The notes under the pieces were generated by a model that saw nothing but the letters and a program-made list of their open reading frames with translations, did not search any database and was not told the DNA's origin. 34,542 nucleotides of DNA, taken from positions 1 through 34,542 of IMG/VR virus record IMGVR_UViG_3300037634_005735, one strand, 5' to 3'. The DNA is from a virus. Lineage: Duplodnaviria; Caudoviricetes. Shown here one piece after another: positions 27,101 to 32,800 of this stretch. How positions within the stretch are numbered: the first letter of the stretch is position 1; each line of letters starts with the position of its first letter. A program made the translations under genes and the position numbers.

Positions 27101-30076
27101 GCCCCGCACCGCTGGGCTGGAAGCAAGTTCATCTTCTTCCTCTTCGGTTAGAATCCTCCCAAGCTTCTCTTGGAGCTTTGACTTGGACTCTTCATAGTAT
27201 AGTCCCCATGATAGCCCCGCAGACTGGAACCCGGCTCCGGCAGCCGACCCGCGAATGCCCCATTTTGCAGCAGCTTTATCTAGGTGTTTAACTTTCTCCT
27301 CGGCGCTCTTTGCCTTGCTTAGGGCTCCTTTAGTGACACTGCGATTGATGGACCTTTCGATCCCCTTGGTCATTGCCTTTCTTCCCACTGTTGCCCCCGC
27401 TCCGCCGGGGACAAGCGAGAACAAGAGGGACGGTCCTTCCTCAAGCAGGATGTCCGAGGCCTTGGAAAGGAGCGCAAAAGGGCCCCATGTCATTTTCGTC
27501 CCCGCGAAATCTCTGCCTTCTCTCTGCTCGGCCAAATTGTCAGATGCCCATATTGTCGCATCTTTTGCTCCGGGGATTGTAAGGACTGCGCCTATTCCTG
27601 TAAGAGTTTGAACGAACTTCCCGCCCCCCATCATAAGGCTTCTAAAGGGCCTTGATGCCGTTGCAACGAATCCGTCTCTCTTGCCTTCATACTTGGCCAC
27701 ATAGGCGGCCATCTGGTCATTGAAGCTGGGGATCTTCTCCCGGGCCTTTGCTTGCATGTCACGGAGGCTTTCCATGCCCTCCTCAAGGTTTCGGGCGCTC
27801 TCCCTGAGATACGAAGCGTCTTCCCCTGACTTCTCCTTTGTGGAAATCTCATCCCTCAGCTCTGCCAACTTCTCGCCTCTTTCTTGCAAGCCAGACTCGT
27901 AGCTTTTCCAGTCATAATAAAATTTCTTCCGGAACTCGGCTGGGGTAGGAGTCCCGCCGGGGACGGCGTATGCGGCTGAAGCGCCGTCATATATGCTGCT
28001 TGCATATGTAGTTAAAAGCCTTTGATAGGTTTGCTCGGAAAGATAGTGGTCCCTAATAACTTGCGGGGCCTTGGAGGCGTTGATAGCCGCCTTGTATCCA
28101 TCCGCATCGAACAGGTTTGTGTCCGGATGGAACAGCATGGTTCCATCGGACCTAAGCCTTATAGCCTCTTGGTCTGCCTTCTTTGGCCACGGCTTGTGGG
28201 TCTTCTCGACGTCCTCAAGGGCCTGAAACCTCTCCTGCTCCGAATACCCCTTTTCGTCGAACCACTCGTTGATCCTTTTGTGCTGCCCGGGCTGGTCGCC
28301 GTATTGCTTCCCACGCTTCGCTGACTTTACAGCAATGGCACCGCGCCGCATTAGGGCATCGAGCATACCACCAGCCGTATATGCTAAATTCTCGTAGAAA
28401 GGGCCAGAAGTAACGTCCGTGCCTGTTTCGTGCCGGAAGGACAATGGCAGCCCCATTTCGGCTTCGCCTTTGTTTAACCGGACACCAAAGCCATGCTTGC
28501 CAATTGCCTTTAGGGACCCCGGGCTGGAGCCAGCCATCTCATACAGCTCGGTTGAAAGCTCCGCAAAATTCTCGGAATTTTTCGCAAAGGCCTGCTGAAC
28601 TTGATCAGATATGTTGCGCTCCAGCTCTAATACCCTTTGCAGGATATACTCCTTTTTATTTTCGGGAGTATTAGTCAGCTTGCTAATGCGGTCATCTCCC
28701 GGGACCCCCTCGTCTGCTGTATGCCCCGCAGGGCCTTGCAGGAAATATTCAATGTCATCAGGAATCGCCTTATAGCGGCCCCTGATGAGCTTCTTCATCT
28801 CTTCGTAAGATTCGTGGATCTCTTTGTGGTAAGAGGGAGCGATGGTCTCCCCCCTGCCTTGGGTTCCCAATAATCCGGTTACCTCTTTTTGGCTCCTCGA
28901 TATCCCAGATATGGTAGACTCAATGGCCTCTTTTTGTTTCTTCTCCCACTCCTCGTGACGGGCCTTGGTGAAGCCCCGCATGTCCTCAATGGCATCACCG
29001 ATAATCGGCCTAAGGAGATCCAAGGACTCGCTCCTTGCCTTTACCTCTTTGACTCCTTTGTCGTATTCAAACCTCTCCCTCAGGTAGTCCTTCGTGGCCT
29101 CTGCCCACTCTCCCCTGAGGGTAACGCGCCCTCTCTTAATCTGATCCGGTGTCGCCCCGGATTGCAACCACTCCATGAACCCCTCTTCAAGTTCTTGGAC
29201 GTTTTTGTGATATGCACCAGCGGCCTTCTTCTCGTCCTCAGAGACGGATTTGGCTCGCTCATTATTAATGCCTACCTCTCGGTTATAGGCGTCAATAAAC
29301 GCGCTTGTTCCCTTGGGGTCCTCCTCAGCTTCTGGGGCCTCCCATGTTCTTCGCCCGTAGGTGCCGGGTCGGTCTCTTGCAAGATCCTCGGGGAAGCCCT
29401 CTGAGATTCTCCCCTGCCTCTTGATCTGTTGGTCGATTTCGGCTATTTCCGAAACAGACTTATCATCAGCATCTAGAGCTGCCCTTTGCGCGGCAATAGA
29501 CTGCTGTTTTTGCTCCAGAAAACTTTGCGCCGCTTCATCGCCGTTTTCAGCTCGTTCACGAAGAGACTCAAGGTAGTTTAGGTCTTTATCTAAATCCTCT
29601 TCAGCCGATCTTCTTTTGGCCGGGGACATCGGGGCCCTAGCCGGGTCTTTCCTGATGGCATCTATCTGGTCACCCAGACCCGAAATCTTGGCCTTGGCGT
29701 TTGCCCTGTCGGACTTTTCCCTTTGGAGGTCTTTGAGGGTCTGCCTGTGATCAGCGACCTGCTCGTCAGAAAGGGATAGCCTCAATCTGCCATCTTCGTC
29801 CTCTAGAAGATAATCAGAAAGCCCCTCATCCGAGGCTCTGGTTCTGGTGATCTTGTTCTGCCTAGCAACCCTATCGTTCTGGATTCTTTCAACTTCGGCA
29901 TCCCTAGCCCGTTGCTCTCTCTCTTTCTTCTCCTTCCTCAGTTCTTGCTCTCTATTTAGAGCGTCGAGTCTCCTCTGGTGCCTAGCTACACCAGAGCGAA
30001 GTTCGGATAAGCCATCAGAGTCCCCATAAGGATTCTGGATAGGCGCATCCTTATAAGGGTCCTCTATATCAGCCAT
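15128..30076 (-). CDS. Giant polyvalent internal virion / ejected protein (4982 aa)
   Basis: N-terminal coiled coil; Gly/Ala hydrophobic segments (~aa 810-1110); P/A/E/K linker; HEFVH (aa 2029); HhH-GPD-like domain; polyvalent kinase; GHKL ATPase plus HEGLH; C-terminal ejection-protein-like region (PFARVLAN...LITGSMP...YGRIDP...DKTSLRG). Stop overlaps the portal ATG. Confidence 0.85.
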   Translation of the reverse strand: MADIEDPYKDAPIQNPYGDSDGLSELRSGVARHQRRLDALNREQELRKEKKEREQRARDAEVERIQNDRVARQNKITRTRASDEGLSDYLLEDEDGRLRLSLSDEQVADHRQTLKDLQREKSDRANAKAKISGLGDQIDAIRKDPARAPMSPAKRRSAEEDLDKDLNYLESLRERAENGDEAAQSFLEQKQQSIAAQRAALDADDKSVSEIAEIDQQIKRQGRISEGFPEDLARDRPGTYGRRTWEAPEAEEDPKGTSAFIDAYNREVGINNERAKSVSEDEKKAAGAYHKNVQELEEGFMEWLQSGATPDQIKRGRVTLRGEWAEATKDYLRERFEYDKGVKEVKARSESLDLLRPIIGDAIEDMRGFTKARHEEWEKKQKEAIESTISGISRSQKEVTGLLGTQGRGETIAPSYHKEIHESYEEMKKLIRGRYKAIPDDIEYFLQGPAGHTADEGVPGDDRISKLTNTPENKKEYILQRVLELERNISDQVQQAFAKNSENFAELSTELYEMAGSSPGSLKAIGKHGFGVRLNKGEAEMGLPLSFRHETGTDVTSGPFYENLAYTAGGMLDALMRRGAIAVKSAKRGKQYGDQPGQHKRINEWFDEKGYSEQERFQALEDVEKTHKPWPKKADQEAIRLRSDGTMLFHPDTNLFDADGYKAAINASKAPQVIRDHYLSEQTYQRLLTTYASSIYDGASAAYAVPGGTPTPAEFRKKFYYDWKSYESGLQERGEKLAELRDEISTKEKSGEDASYLRESARNLEEGMESLRDMQAKAREKIPSFNDQMAAYVAKYEGKRDGFVATASRPFRSLMMGGGKFVQTLTGIGAVLTIPGAKDATIWASDNLAEQREGRDFAGTKMTWGPFALLSKASDILLEEGPSLLFSLVPGGAGATVGRKAMTKGIERSINRSVTKGALSKAKSAEEKVKHLDKAAAKWGIRGSAAGAGFQSAGLSWGLYYEESKSKLQEKLGRILTEEEEDELASSPAVRGRAMVTGVITASVVRAFGTTGIQKVFAPKVVNQWTVRDFWRAIGAEGTKRKEKFISAVKSVAGASLYEGAEEFSDQLISSLSFDDASFSEVLGRSAYAGVAGLVLGGFMGATMSAGQTGMTAENFSDPKTARAALGDVFGKTEYTQGEVEAGLELINFNPGKGSNDGGVAAKNLQVAIEAHKNLKNIEESAAGSRNYYSELGNENLVEEAQAQIDKVHQARGLLKIASGKVNDDSELTSTEFRAVNKATNEQGNPAIREVDGQLVITEDGIRTVRQLDPDAAKFLISLNEEARLKQVREAPAPKAAEPAPKVAEPKEEAAEPAPKEAKPEEAAKPEEAAKPEEAAKPEKAAPKAREGLADPSKVKGVSVEGGRQVIKNAKGEPYDTRQKADTRLRTLSGGKTPKIDKDLYEVVEVKDGEFVVREKPVAGEEAAPSGGKKKWRATINVGRGKTKTFVVEAETKSEAGDAAAAKINAPETLSSVEEIGRDAPTTQTAPAKKKPAAKTPKESRDVASALQGFGLVRKVITETEESPVPKGKNYVITEDGDVILSSKVDGMSDQKQRRIEIEIIAKLGTKGVLSDAEAKALFDFFPPKAQELMAKRARSATLKGEDASDADVLRYFVENLITDPLLVATMRQAIKQGGRSKAARGAVRNGPLGLFLKYLRRFLDRIRTIIAGNPTLEKELKFYERMAMALIAENTSDRVLADLGVAVPESRITDRKDVVLPPNIRRLRGGQYEVTLPGGRTQTFATRAEAREKNAHKYEDTVNEATRTAYASQVVRGRLSVDELDMVLKAIKGMVAAVSTKTDLSKETIYAFVNVVKVGGEFTSLVDEWVKASKAGEEARSGALESAVKSYLGKVTNINESLSSVLENATFTERARRALAASRMVTSITADVADGNPAVIPALRRAKDRFLALVGKGPSEKGIQKLQQLVSRKEQITEEISAIVTEGLALVWEGGVDPKVAKLKKELVDVDQKIEKATEDQKTEYKKADAEYVRKTRAKSELEVKGIAEADPAGSRVYIGLSEKGDASTLLHEFVHVLQKIQDPASRGSLLDAAIGPQNAAKMNAWAEEVNPSRPIETMAEGLEAFLQEGKSPEPGLQGAFSTLAPAIYAIYKDVTKEGGYKLTDEARVAFAELFADNEIVGNSLGADAELVSRLHRNLLNGAIAVDERDLVLALPNGRPQTGFKKRAAAEKLVENLYKPIYGNSAKVIEHDGKFYAGIDLGAEWESIRGRLTSGLSLQKSAASKPNASNDRFRVGTARKTATTSRKRRDASSNIGIASVSEELLTAHMKSFDYDHLPQSIRSEKNPHRKREKAIEWMVENILAVHDALPTEVRERASHWYDGASKLANRLAKRYGYTKVQVAGVIASLSPKNNWFKNAAQAKKVIDIWANNRNEAIDPKVHGEAIERMIAKAQAAPSARKKVRDGETPRQTSLRQAYNRRLDEMKRDDRRVIMEGLYGYTINQLGKIDAEAQAWALRLLADHHWGAEYDVMTPEGDILHVQRNSPTQAQLRSGEEGTPSTHGWGSAAQLADAISILKNGSLENLNRILGAEHKVRSFFNNIVAPNSPMGDVTMDTHAVAAAHLMPWGITALAVEHNFGGKGAAGSAVEGVSGLYHLYADAYREAARRRGIQPRQMQSIAWEGIRLIHPSGEKKPNHLAEATKTWQNNSNARARKIITGRSRSLYPEWFVGKRDPETKKGAEKPQKDGTRLVPATGRAPRTKGPRGRGRGQSTPTLQREKELTITGIRQTEAGPSQEVLEKSLGTIGKSGEEAYAHLRGLYETDEAFNGVLRAAGVDPKTRMYAYPGVKKVEGKLLKRWAKDNDLINDSARFFHDHAAVGMGGYENWVIHKGKYVEKVFHGDDSFLEYFNRLIWHNHYFPEATYELLGFIVKNGKLHAHVRQPYSQEDSDVLGPVAPDYESLERKGKVLKQGKLVLHMIDIGMIPIDAYNFYDPSEDLSIGDAGSNNFTIENGKAVAFDLMIGRHWGRFHDQLTWPTHLGEFLKSRKLDKQLEADFRKIVPRINAPALQRGIDDADADKPADLKESSTFDIKRMLKLVGANMYGTDPTGTLGKELFQNSVDAVMKKKAAEEAKLHDRIEEFVRADALKAGIQDEVLVENMVRNWKASADFGDFPKGFEAYHPTILVNQGGFAWQDSGKVQLVDKNGDAYAGNLFAMSDNGVGMSPELVWTKFLPAFVSGKGVGEGGGFGIAKLVFLMGPNNVRVSTINENEKGERILTQLELGPGAYEDYLTRGRIETPENMLEPGNETEILPGMKLTVSHAPEGGDTGTAYVLGFPNANDKANEKWGRGWTNATAFVEGAAKLTPTLRVGREYEDAGYVEQGATSPASTPIDPGLSPRSWFDDYSPEAALEITRKYVIAGIEAHKERIQENFPGPGGPIIKQIETDWSGALKGPSISDFAGIARWKPSGYAAHEASYPDEDWVVIEDGNIETDLFEIEILAKDGDKKHQSNAVTGKILNRTIYQFEENFAVGVDQEALVPVSGIAINIRSKVDAGEAGYPFSLDRNSVSKEVKDEIELFMGKLSQMAYIQRRQKWIDRRGDTALIRRPWRNEEQYGVEAEKFARYAAVKEWGQDPRDAAVPGEFHFLDLSGTLDSELVEEFATDPLVADIAEDYYQVQGRVLKYLATRYQSNEQFGRAGFAGFAVGTNAYGLHLPISYITDEQTKADQPMNAPPTVIYHDPLSTLWHVRDTHSMEEIIEVAGGVEENYHIGLYQLFLDEVGGVALHEGLHQDINSEGQELARGLTFSAGGLATSLQGFATVADILGTNDIDVLRRKSKEKTDTLHDYYERFEQDFDEEEAEAFITGQGAKGYGLRIDRPQRSRKGDDRARKPDVSDKGKDDLDQETGGGTVGPTLQRGPKDSEEGAERAKGRMDKRGKTLRERLKLFKKRDSRNAAGEKVVKGDPSRAKVGETPEVRNAYDVSQEIYEETFIAQNFPQWKTGASAERKSQGDDEIRRRVFESAEKLGQPGTPEFQIASMQVLADDFQKALTSGNQAEIDKVMAFAHALQELRGEIARTMTSMRDPFQTPAQRAAYALGMAMNTVPPGQMQALRKKHGGKKDAGYSVPKSSKAAFDEDLKKLQRNRLEQSKRVLSRDGMSVEEIFNSSNDGVAIGTTTDQAALGELTPKFRKVVQMAREGADAAAIEAATGVSKAGQRRAMEKFRGLLEPKVRELVKRGYNENNMGSFASGTPLSGKAEPGTDQDVNKVLDRSFKASVKALAQKGFNVNNPIHVQAAFRSLDDIDIDYVTRTFGSWYGNVFSAKTVLVNLMSVPFAGYRMIGEQAAESLLNKLAKHPEAAKMGEFKYIARGMKTYLGMAIYQGFLAYDTETAYFNSFVKGGVEGGEYRGETHEEVRGYQMGHLLDYVDQGLEKMFGKQWERPALTRRALGEKGAKRKVSFGGFGRNILRFNMGVDEFMRFVVAGSHVGGIAYRVGTGKGLEGAELEQFIHREMTVPGSSSWTLAAEEANVSVFTKDLPSDLTGAQASVGDAVAYAINAIDQKVKNAEKGLRASKEVSRVTESGLIRLTEVAKMDSLRIALGMTRITIIPFARVLANLVREGYARIPNPFSVAYHSFKLSQYLAKNRGNPDPKAAESIRKLSQQLLSTVLAAAILAMFEGDEDDEEKPILITGSMPKFTKGAPAEREAAIRAGLGPFKIRIKRDATLLFGAIPIGEMVTPEGEEGVTFDYGRIDPLAITLGTTVDWVKTFKRLGRKERNIAEAGYELFTDTLFGQLTDKTSLRGMNDAFGIASGKISAEKWAARQFATFLIPNVFRQPIRDGNLTYDARLSLGDANPVWKLLLYEMYPSMDSKVLGIDLPRNKFAPGSQRDAYGDLLKRPRGFGSWITRQQPYTPKYYDQMINRGRKLEPYREDLIMPSRVSNAYVYTDEATGLKQKHKMTSLQYDIFQRAYQRVWQEEQISVRTAGDISKARRRASDTARGIAYGNIDFQLEARKTFNKKLKDKR
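18469..18660 (-). CDS. Candidate nested +1-frame gene (63 aa, helical) in the linker after the GHKL cassette
   Basis: VLKDTALELTGRKEAEREMIALESQMSRIRGKMTSIRKREGGL reads as an amphipathic helix where the host frame is R/D/K/G low-complexity; the stop lies 2 nt before the PTLQR codons. Confidence 0.45.
   Translation of the reverse strand: MKGLNKTLMKKRRRHLLLGKVLKDTALELTGRKEAEREMIALESQMSRIRGKMTSIRKREGGL
18800..20950 (-). other. GHKL (Hsp90/MORC-like) ATPase module with downstream HExxH, within the giant protein
   Basis: MYGTDP..KELFQNSVDA (E aa 3071), DNGVGM (D aa 3175), GGFGIAK, GT; later YPFSLDR; HEGLH at 18833-18847. Confidence 0.8.
21130..21620 (-). other. Polyvalent-protein Ser/Thr/Tyr kinase domain within the giant protein
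   Basis: GMGGYENWV..VEKV..YFNRLIWHNHYFPEATYELLGF..VRQPY..IGDAGSNNF..AFD. Confidence 0.75.
21712..22077 (-). CDS. Candidate nested +1-frame gene in the linker after the HhH-GPD-like cassette
   Basis: MPEQEKSSPGEVDPSILNGLSESEIQKLKRVQRSLKKMGLDWSLPRVALQELRGPEDEDED is protein-like up to the PTLQR junction; CAATG start context as for MCP and scaffold; TGgCAGAAT 7 nt upstream. Confidence 0.55.
   Translation of the reverse strand: MPEQEKSSPGEVDPSILNGLSESEIQKLKRVQRSLKKMGLDWSLPRVALQELRGPEDEDEDKAPPPFSARRNSPSREFAKRRRDRHKKSLKRASELSASRAKKPTPTLEDFTKQTKRLMGS
22150..23160 (-). other. HhH-GPD DNA-glycosylase-like (DUF7178-type) domain within the giant protein
   Basis: WYDGA..VAGVIASLSPKNNWFKN..KVRSFFNNI..VTMDTHA..YADAYREAA..PRQMQSIAW. 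Confidence 0.6.
25792..25805. repeat. CCCTCCGGAGGG palindrome, copy 4
   Basis: TCCCTCCGGAGGGA encoding APSGG in an interdomain linker. Confidence 0.9.
26061..26200 (-). repeat. Coding tandem repeats: 3 x 18 bp (KPEEAA) plus imperfect AEPAPK units
   Basis: tcaggcttggccgcttcc at 26061, 26079 and 26097. Confidence 0.9.
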
Positions 30077-30093
30077 TTACTTGACGGGTTATT

Positions 30094-30804
30094 TCACCGG
30101 GAGAGCCCTATCTCCCTGCCGCCTGCTGCGTTTATGCGGCTGCCGCCTGCTGCGTTTATGCGGCGTCTCGGCTTCCCCGTCGTCCCCGTTGCCCCGCTTC
30201 CTCCGGTCGCTCCCTTGTTTCCGGCAACCGTTGTGCCATCTCCATCTTTGCCTTCACCATACTCAGGGACTTCAGTTTCGGGCGTCTTCGGCTTCTCCGT
30301 TGGATTCCTGTTCCGGAAGTCATAATCGAAATCTTTCGCAAGTTTGGCCTCGTCGGTGAGGGACTGAATATTTCGCTCCCGCTTCTTGGCGTAATCGCCT
30401 TCGTTCATGGGCCGGAACTGATCCCTTTGCTTGTCGGACATCTTCTGGAATTGCCTGTGGGCCTGAATATCGACCTCCCCCTGTGTCATGCCCTTGTGCT
30501 TGCCTCCCGTGTATCTATATGCCCCTTTTGTCTTGCTGGACATGGTCCTTCCTCCCCTGTTCCCGCGATGCAGGGCCAAAAATCTCTCAAACCCAGTATT
30601 CCCAGCTCCCGCATTCTCAACGGGGGCGACACTGGCGGCCTTTCCTGTTGGGTCTGTTTCAGTAGCGCCGGGGAGATCGCGGGACCTCTTCCGAATATTG
30701 GACTTGCTAAACATTTCGCCATATCCTCCCATTTGATTCCAAGAGGTTGGCCGCTGGGGGATGGCCATGGGTGTTTTTGGGCGCGTTACAGGTGTTGGGG
30801 GCAT
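30094..30804 (-). CDS. Basic, disordered putative ejection/internal virion protein
   Basis: 236 aa, first gene of the minus-strand unit, ends 17 nt before the giant gene; Gly/Lys/Arg-rich. Confidence 0.65.
   Translation of the reverse strand: MPPTPVTRPKTPMAIPQRPTSWNQMGGYGEMFSKSNIRKRSRDLPGATETDPTGKAASVAPVENAGAGNTGFERFLALHRGNRGGRTMSSKTKGAYRYTGGKHKGMTQGEVDIQAHRQFQKMSDKQRDQFRPMNEGDYAKKRERNIQSLTDEAKLAKDFDYDFRNRNPTEKPKTPETEVPEYGEGKDGDGTTVAGNKGATGGSGATGTTGKPRRRINAAGGSRINAAGGREIGLSR
30116..30163. repeat. Perfect 24-bp tandem duplication (RINAAGG x2)
   Basis: ctgccgcctgctgcgtttatgcgg at 30116-30139 and 30140-30163. Confidence 0.95.
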
Positions 30805-30860
30805 GGTCTTTAGTCTTTAAGAACTTGCAACATTACACCATGCAACTTATTTCCTTGCAA
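30805..30860. promoter_or_regulatory. Divergent promoter region with phased TTGCAA/ATGCAA/TTGCAA
   Basis: Hexamers at 30825, 30840 and 30855 (15-bp period); plus strand TTGCAA-N17-TATTTC-N6-ATG(30860). Confidence 0.55.
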
Positions 30861-31501
30861 TGCCTAAAAAGAAGCCAGAAAGCATACCTTTGCCCTCCTC
30901 CCCTCCGGAGGGAACAGTCGAGAGGGAGACAATTGTCAAAGAAACGGAAGGCAAAATCAAAAAAGCAGCCGAAGAGGGCCGCCTTTCCATCCGAGCCGCT
31001 GATCTGGCTCCCAAGATCATCGAGTCACTTGCAATTAAGTTTGGCCCGGATCAGGTAGTTGCAAAAATTGCAGAGTGCATGTCGGCCACCAAGACGATGG
31101 CCATTGGGGGGAAGCCGTTTGAGACTCCGGATTACAAGACCCGGCTGGATGCCCTGAAGCTCCTATTGCAATATCAGGTTGGGATGCCCGTTTCCCGCAG
31201 TGAGGTGGTGACCCATAATGTGGATACCATGCAAACACTGGAATCCAAGATGCAGAAATCCCCGGCGCTGAGAAGGGCGGTCGGCAGAATGCTTGATCGG
31301 TCGAAAGAGGAGGATGGCGAGATTCTGGAGATCACCAATGAGCCAGTCGTCGATGGCGACATAGAGGAGGCCGAGGAGGTCTTGCAGGAGAGGCCTGAGC
31401 CCAAAGAAACCCCTGTGGAATCAGAGGTGAGAAAGAAGATCCTTTCTAAAGATCTCAAGGTCAAGGGGTCGCTGGGGGCGGTGGAGAAATACTCCCGGTA
31501 A
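30860..31501 (+). CDS. Terminase small subunit-like protein
   Basis: PDYKTRLDALKLLLQYQVGMPVSRSEV resembles the helical hairpin plus beta tail of many TerS proteins; no TerL in the window. Confidence 0.45.
   Translation: MPKKKPESIPLPSSPPEGTVERETIVKETEGKIKKAAEEGRLSIRAADLAPKIIESLAIKFGPDQVVAKIAECMSATKTMAIGGKPFETPDYKTRLDALKLLLQYQVGMPVSRSEVVTHNVDTMQTLESKMQKSPALRRAVGRMLDRSKEEDGEILEITNEPVVDGDIEEAEEVLQERPEPKETPVESEVRKKILSKDLKVKGSLGAVEKYSR
30901..30912. repeat. CCCTCCGGAGGG palindrome, copy 5
   Basis: Exact 12-mer 41 nt into 30860..31501 (PPEG). Confidence 0.9.
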
Positions 31502-31508
31502 TTTACAC

Positions 31509-31544
31509 TTGTAAGTGCCTTGCAAATGTGGATTATAGTAGGGC
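31509..31544 (+). promoter_or_regulatory. Putative promoter with leaderless geometry
   Basis: TTGTAA(31509)-N19-TATAGT(31534-31539)-N5-ATG(31545); TTGCAA in the spacer. Confidence 0.4.
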
Positions 31545-31784
31545 ATGGACAGGCCACAGAGCCCTGTTAGTGAGTTTCCGCCTATTTTAAAGGAAGGCGG
31601 GTGGGTCGATATCGGCTACGACTCGGCCCTAAAATTTAGCGAGGGTAAACTTTGGCACAGGCTGAACGGGAAAATTGTTTCCCGTCCTGAGGGGTGGCTC
31701 ATGGTCGAAAGGCCATTGCTGGTTTGGATTCTGCAATACGCGACTCGGGAAACTTGTGTTGACACAGGGTGTAAGCCTGCGTAG
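31545..31784 (+). CDS. Hypothetical protein
   Basis: 79-aa ORF following a promoter-like gap. Confidence 0.6.
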   Translation: MDRPQSPVSEFPPILKEGGWVDIGYDSALKFSEGKLWHRLNGKIVSRPEGWLMVERPLLVWILQYATRETCVDTGCKPA

Positions 31785-31794
31785 GCTGACACAC

Positions 31795-31995
31795 ATGGAT
31801 GCAGAACTTCTAAGCCAGCTCAAGGCCACCCTATATGCTCATGCCAAAACCGTTGAGTGCCTAGCGACACTTAACGCAATGCGTGTTGAGAACGAGGATC
31901 ACAGATCAAAAGGAAAACCCGACCCCCATCCCGCTGAGTCTTTCAGGGATGTAGCAACAGAGATTTCCCAATATGCCGAGGAGCTTGCAGACTAG
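31795..31995 (+). CDS. Hypothetical helical protein (start MDAELL at 31795)
   Basis: 66 aa; ATG 10 nt after the previous stop avoids the overlap in the longer ORF-track call. Confidence 0.6.
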   Translation: MDAELLSQLKATLYAHAKTVECLATLNAMRVENEDHRSKGKPDPHPAESFRDVATEISQYAEELAD

Positions 31996-32281
31996 CTTCG
32001 ACACACGCGAGGAAGCCTATTCTGCATTGCCAGACTGGCTTGGTCATTACCAGCCAGTAAACATATCCTCACAGTGGGTATTTGACTGGGAAGCGATTGG
32101 CTCACTTGTTAGGAAGCGGCGAATGAATACGGGGATGTCCCTGCGTTCAATGGCGAAGTGGATGAGCATCTCCGCGACATACCTTTCCGATCTGGAGAGA
32201 GGTCTGAGGCCGTGGCCTCTTGAGAGGTTACATGATGCGTCGAGTGTTTTGGATATGGCCGAGAGAAAACAATCTGAATAA
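31973..32281 (+). CDS. XRE/Cro-C1 helix-turn-helix protein
   Basis: IGSLVRKRRMNTGMSLRSMAKWMSISATYLSDLERG, classic HTH_3 pattern. Confidence 0.85.
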   Translation: MPRSLQTSFDTREEAYSALPDWLGHYQPVNISSQWVFDWEAIGSLVRKRRMNTGMSLRSMAKWMSISATYLSDLERGLRPWPLERLHDASSVLDMAERKQSE

Positions 32282-32800
32282 ATGGCTAAAGAGGAAGAAA
32301 TAGAAACTCCGGAGGAGATCATTGAGAAGATCCTCCCCGAGGAGAAGGATCAGGTTAAGCAGTTAGTCACCGGGCTAACGAACGAGTTGATGGAGAAGGA
32401 CCAACAACTCCGAATGCTTCAAAAGGAGCTAAAACAGGCCATTAAGCGCAAGAAGCCAAAGTATGACCCGCGACTTGGCAAGGTTGCCATGGTGATGTTC
32501 TCCCGGCCCAAGGAGGAGGATGCCAAGATCAGGATGCACACCGCCGATAAGGTTCAGGCGAACTTGGCATTACAGACGGTGAAGAACATGCTCTCCGACT
32601 CCGATAACGATTTCATTGGTGCCTATTTCCTATGCCCCATGAAGGGGTATGACGATGGGTATGAGAGACTCCAGACTAATGCCGAGGCTGCTTGGCACTT
32701 GTTTGAGTTGCTGGACAAGGACCTGAAAACACAAGACCCAGATGCTAAAAACCAAGATACCGGACAAGAGGACGAGGAGAAACCTCAGGAAGAAGAATAA
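32282..32800 (+). CDS. Hypothetical protein with N-terminal coiled coil
   Basis: 172 aa; ATG abuts the previous TAA. Confidence 0.75.
   Translation: MAKEEEIETPEEIIEKILPEEKDQVKQLVTGLTNELMEKDQQLRMLQKELKQAIKRKKPKYDPRLGKVAMVMFSRPKEEDAKIRMHTADKVQANLALQTVKNMLSDSDNDFIGAYFLCPMKGYDDGYERLQTNAEAAWHLFELLDKDLKTQDPDAKNQDTGQEDEEKPQEEE

Noticed and set aside
15176-30029. Numerous antisense ORFs and other same-strand nested ORFs in the giant gene (e.g. 16998..17261, 18094..18342, 20437..20739, 23978..24673)
   Set aside because: Ser/Arg/Leu/Phe-rich off-frame composition over regions where the host frame is clearly a folded domain; unlike the two retained nested ORFs they do not coincide with linkers or junction motifs.
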